Positions 57,604 through 64,000 of a stretch of DNA of 64,000 bases are shown here, in pieces. The stretch comes from an uncultured Candidatus Saccharibacteria bacterium (GTDB lineage Bacteria > Patescibacteriota > Minisyncoccia > Phycocordibacterales > UBA918): contig CAZSOS010000001.1 in the NCBI GenBank assembly GCA_964608605.1, positions 117,888-181,887 on the forward strand. Direction: 5' to 3'. The number at the start of each line of letters is the position of its first letter. The first letter of the stretch is position 1. Position numbers and translations under genes: made by a program. The notes under the pieces are model-generated. The model did not search any database. It was not told where the DNA came from and saw only the letters and a program-made list of their open reading frames with translations.

Positions 57604-58677
57604 ATGCCCAAAGACTACTATCAGATCCTAGGAGTTGAAAAAGGCGCTTCCAAGGAAGACATCAAGAAGGCTTTTCGCAAATTGGCGGCCCAGTATCATC
57701 CGGACAAGAAGACCGGGGACGAATCCAAGTTCAAGGAAGTGAGCGAGGCCTACGCGGTCCTGGGAGACGAGAAGAAGCGAGCCGAGTACGACACCTATGG
57801 ACGAGCCTTCAATAACGGCGGCGGAGGTTTCGGCGGCTTTGGCGGTTTCGATTGGTCGCAGTCCGGTCAGATGGGCGGCATGAACTTCGACATCAACGAC
57901 ATCTTCGAGAATTTCGGTGAGATGTTCGGTGGCGGCTTCGGCGGCCGCCGATCGCGGCGGGGCAACGATATCTCGATCGATATCGAGCTGCCCTTCCGGG
58001 AATCGATCTTCGGCACCACCCGCACCGTGGTATTGACCAAGCAGAACGTCTGCGACACCTGCAAGGGCAGCGGCGCCAAGCCCGGGGTCGGCACGGTCAA
58101 ATGCCAGACCTGCAACGGTCAAGGCAAGATCCGCGAAGCCCGCCAGAGCATACTCGGGAGCTTCACCACGGTTCGCGAGTGTTCCGATTGTTTCGGCCGC
58201 GGCGAAGTACCGAAGGAGAAATGCCAAGACTGCGCCGGACATGGCGTGAAGCGCTCGCAAAGCGAGATCGTCATCAAGGTGCCGGCGGGCATAAACGACG
58301 GAGAGGTGATCCGCATGGCCGGCCAAGGCGAGGCCATGCCGGGAGCCCAGTCGGGCGACCTCTACGTCAAGCTTCACGTCCGGCCCGACGCTCACATCAG
58401 ACGAGAAGGCTCCACCTTATACCGGGAACTGTCCATCAAGCTTTCAGACGCGCTCCTCGGGGCCACCTACGGCGTCGAGACCTTGGACGGCACCGTGGAT
58501 ATAAACGTGCCGGCTGGGGTAGAGCATGGCGAAGTGCTCCGCATCAAGGAGAAGGGAGTACCGGTCTCTGGAAACCGGCGCGGAGATTTCAACGTTAAGA
58601 TCGTGCTGCAGATGCCGCGCAAACTCTCGCGTCGAGCCAAGAAGCTCATAGAGGAATTGAAAGAGGAAGGGATCTAG
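57604..58677 (+). CDS. dnaJ: molecular chaperone DnaJ
   Basis: J domain HPD (YHPDKK), Gly/Phe-rich region, four CxxCxGxG zinc-finger repeats. Confidence 0.95.
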   Translation: MPKDYYQILGVEKGASKEDIKKAFRKLAAQYHPDKKTGDESKFKEVSEAYAVLGDEKKRAEYDTYGRAFNNGGGGFGGFGGFDWSQSGQMGGMNFDINDIFENFGEMFGGGFGGRRSRRGNDISIDIELPFRESIFGTTRTVVLTKQNVCDTCKGSGAKPGVGTVKCQTCNGQGKIREARQSILGSFTTVRECSDCFGRGEVPKEKCQDCAGHGVKRSQSEIVIKVPAGINDGEVIRMAGQGEAMPGAQSGDLYVKLHVRPDAHIRREGSTLYRELSIKLSDALLGATYGVETLDGTVDINVPAGVEHGEVLRIKEKGVPVSGNRRGDFNVKIVLQMPRKLSRRAKKLIEELKEEGI

Positions 58678-58717
58678 CAAAATAGGGAAGAGGGTTCAGG
58701 GTGAAGGGAGTAGGGAA

Positions 58718-58744
58718 CAAGGCCGGCGCGAAGCGCCGGCCTTG
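58718..58744. terminator. terminator hairpin after dnaJ
   Basis: CAAGGCCGGCGCgaaGCGCCGGCCTTG. Confidence 0.6.
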
Positions 58745-58800
58745 TGGTTATCAACCCTACTTTACCTTCTCGTCACTTCGCGGATGCTAAAATTCCTAGC

Positions 58801-59286
58801 ATGGAAATAGACGCGGTGCTCTTGCTGCTTCGGGGCTGGGCCTTCATATTGATCACCTTCGGAGTGGCCCTGGGGTTCGCCATGTTCAAGGGCCGCCAGA
58901 ACCTCATCAACGTCATGATGGGCGCCTATGTCGGCTTGCTCCTGTATCAACTTTTTCCTTTCAAAGACCGGCTTACCGAGTCCTTGGGCAACACTGAAGC
59001 CGAGGCCGGTGCCCTGATCGCCGTCTATGTCATCTTCGCCGGTCTCGGCACTTGGCTATTCGCCAGGCTCATGCCACGAGAATATTTCGAGTCCACCTTC
59101 GAGACCATGGGAAAGAAGCTGCTGCTAGCCTTTGGCGCCACCGTGTTGGTCATGACTCTATGCCAGCACTATCTGCCCGTCAGCGAGATCCTCAACACCG
59201 GCACGCCTCTTCCAGCATTCCTCCAAAACACCGACCTCGCCTACCTCTGGCTCCTTCTCCCGCTAATTGGTCTTTTTATTCTCTAA
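58801..59286 (+). CDS. hypothetical membrane protein (~160 aa, 5 TM)
   Basis: hydrophobic ORF; ATG 58801 preferred because GTG 58744 overlaps terminator hairpin. Confidence 0.5.
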   Translation: MEIDAVLLLLRGWAFILITFGVALGFAMFKGRQNLINVMMGAYVGLLLYQLFPFKDRLTESLGNTEAEAGALIAVYVIFAGLGTWLFARLMPREYFESTFETMGKKLLLAFGATVLVMTLCQHYLPVSEILNTGTPLPAFLQNTDLAYLWLLLPLIGLFIL

Positions 59287-59381
59287 AGGCCAATTACCAC
59301 ATCAAATGACAGGTTGCATTACTGGAGCTAAATAAGGTACATTAGCTATAGATTGACATATGTGGGAGAAGGAGTGCTCAG

Positions 59382-59564
59382 ATGAACTTTTTCACATGGA
59401 TCAAAAAGGTTTTTCATGGCTTTGTCAGATACTTAGCCCAAAATAAGGTTGAGTCGGTGGATGCCTATTTGGAGCACGGTGAGTGTTTTGAGGAAGATGA
59501 TGTGATGCAGAAGGTTGATACCTACTACGATGAAGATATCCGCCCGAAACACTTCAAAATCTAA
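59382..59564 (+). CDS. hypothetical small protein (60 aa)
   Basis: GAAGGAG SD 7 nt upstream; AT-richer accessory region. Confidence 0.4.
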   Translation: MNFFTWIKKVFHGFVRYLAQNKVESVDAYLEHGECFEEDDVMQKVDTYYDEDIRPKHFKI

Positions 59565-59673
59565 CCAGGAAATAACCCCTCTTGAGAGACTATTGTACAA
59601 ATTATTATCTTGTGTTATGGTCCTATCCGGAGGGGTTTTGCATCCTCAACATCCATGAGTGGGAGAAAACAAC

Positions 59674-60222
59674 ATGAACGCGCAGTTTCTAACTGATGGC
59701 AACACGAAAGTGGTCGCCGTTCTCGATCCGACGCTCATGGACAAGGTCCTGGGCTATCAGAATCCCGAGTTCATCGAGCGGCTCAAGCACAAGCTCGGCC
59801 TCTCGCACGAAGACGCGGAGGTGCTGTTCCACGACATGAAGCAGTTCCTCTACCTCTGCGGGACCCGACCGGGCGTATGGAGTCCGACCGAGCAGATCGA
59901 CGCCGCCTGGCACGAGTTCATTCTGTACACGAAGGACTATGCCGAATTCTGCAAGGAAATATTCGGCAAGTTCGTCCATCATGTGCCCAACTCGTACCTC
60001 ACGAAGGAGGCGCAACTCGTCGGCAATACCTGGCGCACCTACAAGGTTGCCTTGCATCACTTCGGCGAGCTCAGCTCGAACTGGCACGTGCCGGAAGCAC
60101 AACGGCCGAGGGACAAGCAGAAGTTCGATAATGTCGCTGTTCTGGAGTCCGACGCCTGCGATTCATGTGGTTGCAATTCCTGCAATTCCTGCGGGGGAGG
60201 CAACGGTTGCAGTTCGGACTGA
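59674..60222 (+). CDS. hypothetical protein with C-terminal Cys/Gly-rich tail
   Basis: GGGAG SD 9 nt upstream; tail CDSCGCNSCNSCGGGNGCSSD. Confidence 0.5.
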   Translation: MNAQFLTDGNTKVVAVLDPTLMDKVLGYQNPEFIERLKHKLGLSHEDAEVLFHDMKQFLYLCGTRPGVWSPTEQIDAAWHEFILYTKDYAEFCKEIFGKFVHHVPNSYLTKEAQLVGNTWRTYKVALHHFGELSSNWHVPEAQRPRDKQKFDNVAVLESDACDSCGCNSCNSCGGGNGCSSD

Positions 60223-60244
60223 TCTGCACCCAATTCGAGTTCTT

Positions 60245-60271
60245 GGCGGGGAGTGAATCTCCCCGCTTTTT
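60245..60271. terminator. rho-independent terminator
   Basis: GGCGGGGAGtgaatcTCCCCGCTTTTT. Confidence 0.75.
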
Positions 60272-60296
60272 CTATGATAAAATCCTGTTTAAGAAT

Positions 60297-61070
60297 ATGC
60301 TGAGTATTAAAAATGTTTCTTTAGACCGATTAACTCTAAAGCTCGAAGATGACCAGGTACAAAAAGGTCTTCTGGTGATGGATCAAATCAGCGGCAAAAA
60401 AAAACCGCTTGTTGTGTACATCCACGGACACGACTTTAGAGGCTCTTGGTCAGGATTGTCATCACCGCTTCGCTTTAAAGTATTTTCTGGTGAGTATCAC
60501 TTCCTATTTCCAACCCAAATGGGTTATGAAAATTCTGGTGACCCCGATTTCTGTGGGCCACAAACTGTGGGGAGGATACAAAAATTGGTAAAAGACTTAG
60601 TAACGAAGTACGAGTCTAGTATAGACCTAGAGAATATTTACTTAGTGGGAGTGTCGCGGGGGGCCATAGTAGCAGCCATGCTTGTCTGTCGCTTCCCGGA
60701 CACTTACGTAAAAGCGGCATTGATAGCTGGAGCTTATGATCTGGAAGTCGATTATAGGTGGGAGCAAAAAGATCCTGCGATAAAAAAGAATATGGAAACG
60801 GAAATGCGGACACTGAATTCGACTGCTTTTGCAGAGCGAAGCGCATTGTATAATGCTGAGTCAATACAAACACCGTTGCTTATAATGCATGGTACAGAGG
60901 ATACGACGATTGATTCTCAGCAAGCGGTTAAATTTGGTGAGCAACTGACGCTCCTCGGGAAAGATCACAGTCTTGTGTTAGTAAATGGCGCCGATCACGG
61001 AGTAGGGAACCCAGCAACTTTTAATGCTCATATCTGGCCGTTTTTCGAGAAACAGAAAAAGGGTGGGTAA
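60297..61070 (+). CDS. alpha/beta hydrolase (esterase/peptidase S9-like), markedly AT-rich gene
   Basis: GVSRG nucleophile elbow, C-terminal GTEDTTID and NGADHG catalytic Asp/His context. Confidence 0.7.
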   Translation: MLSIKNVSLDRLTLKLEDDQVQKGLLVMDQISGKKKPLVVYIHGHDFRGSWSGLSSPLRFKVFSGEYHFLFPTQMGYENSGDPDFCGPQTVGRIQKLVKDLVTKYESSIDLENIYLVGVSRGAIVAAMLVCRFPDTYVKAALIAGAYDLEVDYRWEQKDPAIKKNMETEMRTLNSTAFAERSALYNAESIQTPLLIMHGTEDTTIDSQQAVKFGEQLTLLGKDHSLVLVNGADHGVGNPATFNAHIWPFFEKQKKGG

Positions 61071-61094
61071 ATCAAACCCACCCTCCTAATTTCG

Positions 61095-62282
61095 TCATAG
61101 CCGATCTTGAACTCTGGCCAAAAATGCTTCCAGATTGTTCATCCCATAAGCATAATGGGATGTGGCATCCACGACCGGCTCTTGAGAGAGGCGATGCATT
61201 TCTTCCATACGACCTGGGAGACCTGATAAGACCTCACACAACTCATCGGGAACTACCGGATTCAGTTCCAATATCGCCGCTGACTTGCTATTAATTATAT
61301 GAGGGTATTTGGCCGCTATCTCTCTCGTAGTTATGAGTAGTCGGCCACACGCCATCACTTCATAAGGAATTACCGGCGTATGGATACCGATTCCAAAACT
61401 GTTCTCTAAATAGAGAACAGCATGTGAATCTCGGATGGTGTCTGCGATCTGCCAATGCGGTACGTAGGATGTTGCGTTGACGGTTTTCTCCAATCCGAGG
61501 GATTCAATTCTTTCCCGGTACTTTTGGAAGTATCTCCCGCCCCAATGTGCCGTCAAAGATATCGAAATATCTTTGACCCGAAACCGATTAATTGCTTCGA
61601 TCACTTGCGGCGTTCCTTTGTGGCGACCAGTTTTTCCATAAATTGCCAGACGGACAGTTCTGTCAGGCTTGGGTAAAGGGGTAGCAAAGAAAACGTCTGG
61701 CGGATAAGGGCGAAACCCCACCATTGCAAGCCGGTCTGCTTTCACTCCGACAGATGTGAAGTAGTCGTGATGACTGGGACGAGTGGCCACCAGGACAGCT
61801 TCAGAGTACACCCGCTGATGTAGAGTACGCATCTGCGGCATCAAGCCGAGTTTGCCAAGATCACTGCCTGCATGCCTGATAACAAAGGGTACGCCAGTGA
61901 GCTTTGACAGCATAAGTGCGGTCACGCCATAAGGCTCCATATAGTGGGCGTAAATGAAATTCGGCTGAAACTCCTCTACCAGCTCGAGCCCTAGGCTAAC
62001 AAGTTTGGTTGTATATGGCTTCGATTGAGGAATGAATATTTCTTCGACATCGGCCTTGGTAGAGATCACCCGGACAGTTCTCGGCTTATGATAGCCAGAG
62101 AGGCGAGGTTCATTACCTTCGGCCAAATGAATTCGAAACTCATCCTCCACCTCGTCCGCGTTTGTTAACACCACAACACTATGCCCTAGAGCACTCATCG
62201 CTTGCGCCAGCCAATAATTCTGAACGCTCACTCCCCCCTGGATAGGGAGATACTTCGTTATCATCAGGATGCGCATCACCAT
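61095..62282 (-). CDS. glycosyltransferase family 1 (GT4-like)
   Basis: N-terminal RILMITKYLPIQGGVSVQNYWLAQAMSALGHSVVVLT GT-B fold start; length and overall pattern. Confidence 0.7.
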   Translation of the reverse strand: MVMRILMITKYLPIQGGVSVQNYWLAQAMSALGHSVVVLTNADEVEDEFRIHLAEGNEPRLSGYHKPRTVRVISTKADVEEIFIPQSKPYTTKLVSLGLELVEEFQPNFIYAHYMEPYGVTALMLSKLTGVPFVIRHAGSDLGKLGLMPQMRTLHQRVYSEAVLVATRPSHHDYFTSVGVKADRLAMVGFRPYPPDVFFATPLPKPDRTVRLAIYGKTGRHKGTPQVIEAINRFRVKDISISLTAHWGGRYFQKYRERIESLGLEKTVNATSYVPHWQIADTIRDSHAVLYLENSFGIGIHTPVIPYEVMACGRLLITTREIAAKYPHIINSKSAAILELNPVVPDELCEVLSGLPGRMEEMHRLSQEPVVDATSHYAYGMNNLEAFLARVQDRL

Positions 62283-62486
62283 GTTCCTTCTAGTGTGTAG
62301 AACTAAACCTTTCTAAATAAACATCAATGTAAGTAATAAGTCAATAGCTAGTGGGGAAGCGGTCTGGAAATAAAGAAAATTATACCTCCGTTATGGGGAT
62401 AACATCCTCGGAATAACCCCTTTGACTTTTATAGGATCGATATGTAGAGTGTGTATCGGTATCAACCTTTCTCACGGAGAAAAGAG

Positions 62487-63224
62487 ATGCGTACTTTGAT
62501 AGCTTATTTCAAGCTCGCTGGCGTCGCTTTGGCGCTGGCGGTTGGTCTGGCCTTCGTCCATACCTCTGTCGCGGCTCCGCTCAAACAACGCGACGCGGAC
62601 CGGGAAAGGCACACTTCCTTCGTCGAGGATATTCAGGAGTCCCTCTACATTCTCAATTACCTGAAGATCGACGACGTCGACGGCACGGCCGGCCCCAAGA
62701 CCGCGATCGCCATCCGCCGCTTCGAGTCCGACCATGGTCTCGTCGCCTCAGGCCGACTGACCGACGAGTTGCGTCAGCTTCTCATCGACATGGCGTTCCC
62801 GGATCTGCCGACAAACCTCGAACTCGTCGGCGCGATCAGTGTCGCGGGTGACGGCAAGTGGGGAGCGGCCTTCGGCCGTTATTCCACGGAAGTGGCTAAG
62901 GCCTCAGCCATCCGGCGTTGCCAGCAAAGGTCCCGCTTTTCCAAAAACTGCGCGACCCATGTCGTGGTCACTGCCGGTTTTGACTGGTTGGCAAGCGTCA
63001 GTTGTGGCCGACTCTACGCATCGGCGACTGGCAAAACCCGAGAAGAAGCTGAAAGGGAAGCCGTGACCACGGCCAGGGAAGGTGGCAGTCGTAGCAACTG
63101 CAGTCTGATCGTGCTAGTCAACGCCACCTTCGGCGAGATCATCGATACCGAGGAGGAGTACCTGCTCTCTCGGCCCGTGGTGAATGTTCCGGCACCGACC
63201 CCGCGTTCTCGCACCGGCATCTGA
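62487..63224 (+). CDS. secreted protein with peptidoglycan-binding (PG_binding_1-like) domain and C-terminal Cys-containing domain
   Basis: signal peptide LAGVALALAVGLAFVHTSVAAP; LNYLKIDDVDGTAGPKTAIAIRRFESDHGLVASGRLTDEL PGBD-like. Confidence 0.6.
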   Translation: MRTLIAYFKLAGVALALAVGLAFVHTSVAAPLKQRDADRERHTSFVEDIQESLYILNYLKIDDVDGTAGPKTAIAIRRFESDHGLVASGRLTDELRQLLIDMAFPDLPTNLELVGAISVAGDGKWGAAFGRYSTEVAKASAIRRCQQRSRFSKNCATHVVVTAGFDWLASVSCGRLYASATGKTREEAEREAVTTAREGGSRSNCSLIVLVNATFGEIIDTEEEYLLSRPVVNVPAPTPRSRTGI

Positions 63225-63384
63225 GCAAATGCCGGCGCGTCCCAAATAACGGCCTGGAAATCCTTTTTCCAGGCCGTTTTTCGTTCCAGCGGGGATAATT
63301 CCTTGCGTTTTTATCCATTTTGTGCTATAATGGAAGAAGTACGGCTCGCAATGGTGCGAGCCTAGTTAGAACAGGAGACCCAGA

Positions 63385-64000
63385 ATGGTCGCCGATTTCT
63401 TCACTCACCTTCAGGATGAGTTGTCGATCGCGCTGGCCTTTGGGTCAATCGCGTTCGTTTTACATATCATTGGGTACACGTGGTATTCCGTGGAGATCCT
63501 GCGCGGACATACCCGTCCCAACGCGGCAACATGGATGATGTGGCTTCTGGGTGCCTGGGTTGAATGGTATACCTATGACGCCATTGAATCCCACTGGTCC
63601 ACGTCGGCACTACCACTAGCCTGTCTGATAGGAGTCTGTTCGGTCGCTCTTGTGACCAGCATGCTTCAGTTCAGGGTCTTGCTACGGAATGAAGAGAATG
63701 TCATCTTTGAACCATCTGATCCACGCGACTATTGGCTGGTCGGGGCAGATATCGGAGCTCTCATCTTCTACTTCCTGACCGAAGAGGCCTTCTGGGCGAA
63801 CTTCATAGCGGTCTCAACCACGATCGTGACCTTCTGGCCGATCTGGAAAACCACTCTGAAGAACGGTTATGAACGTCCAGGTCCCTGGGTGGTGTGGTGT
63901 TTGGCCTACTACTTCATGTGGCTGGCGGTTCTGGCCGAGGAGAACAAGACAGCGGATCTGGAGCTTCAGTTCTACCCGCTGTATTATCTTCTTCTGCACG
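63385..64000 (+). CDS. hypothetical membrane protein, 3' end beyond window (not in ORF track)
   Basis: ATG with AGGAGACC SD, open frame to window end, 5+ hydrophobic helices; TATAAT at 63335. Confidence 0.55.
   Translation, partial: MVADFFTHLQDELSIALAFGSIAFVLHIIGYTWYSVEILRGHTRPNAATWMMWLLGAWVEWYTYDAIESHWSTSALPLACLIGVCSVALVTSMLQFRVLLRNEENVIFEPSDPRDYWLVGADIGALIFYFLTEEAFWANFIAVSTTIVTFWPIWKTTLKNGYERPGPWVVWCLAYYFMWLAVLAEENKTADLELQFYPLYYLLLH

Overview
This window looks like a compact, visibly GC-rich bacterial genome segment with AT-rich intergenic spacers. Most of it is housekeeping genes packed tightly on the + strand. Several proteins are minimal-sized (short ATP-synthase delta and epsilon, AlaRS without a C-terminal domain, UvrC without the HhH tail), which is reminiscent of reduced-genome lineages such as CPR/Patescibacteria; that is inference only.

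Gene content, in order:
- uvrA 3' end, then uvrC
- ddl
- tRNA-Ala(UGC)
- a complete F1Fo ATP synthase operon (atpB, E, F, H, A, G, D, C)
- a 2299-aa secreted giant repeat protein with a phage-tailspike-like C-terminal intramolecular-chaperone domain
- a convergent RND pump with its HlyD-family adaptor
- ychF, then leuS
- a block of hypothetical genes, including a Cas4-like nuclease, an ATP-cone/Mrr-like nuclease and a small HD hydrolase
- pepF, then alaS
- a ribosomal/rpoA cluster (infA, rpmJ, rpsM, rpsK, rpsD, rpoA, rplQ, rplM, rpsI)
- grpE, dnaK, dnaJ
- a lower-GC accessory island with an AT-rich alpha/beta hydrolase, a GT1 glycosyltransferase and a peptidoglycan-binding secreted protein

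Most notable observations:
1. Two different perfect palindromic DNA elements are inserted in-frame, with no stop codons, into essential genes: the same ~51-57 nt element in uvrC and atpD, and a second ~84 nt nested palindrome in uvrC. This recalls the Rickettsia palindromic elements.
2. A complete Nudix-hydrolase domain with an intact Nudix box is embedded inside leucyl-tRNA synthetase.
3. The giant tail-fibre-like surface protein.
4. Several short dispersed non-coding repeat families: a GCCGGAGCG-containing modular repeat next to tRNA-Ala and next to rpsI; G-tract GGGTNAAGGG repeats; a shared GCTAATAACTAA(A/G)AGCTA leader in front of atpE and dnaK; and an AT-rich TTTGAG..AAATT intercistronic motif.
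5. Many leaderless genes, with a TGnTATAAT box 6-9 nt upstream of the start codon.

No CRISPR array, rRNA, transposase or integrase was seen.
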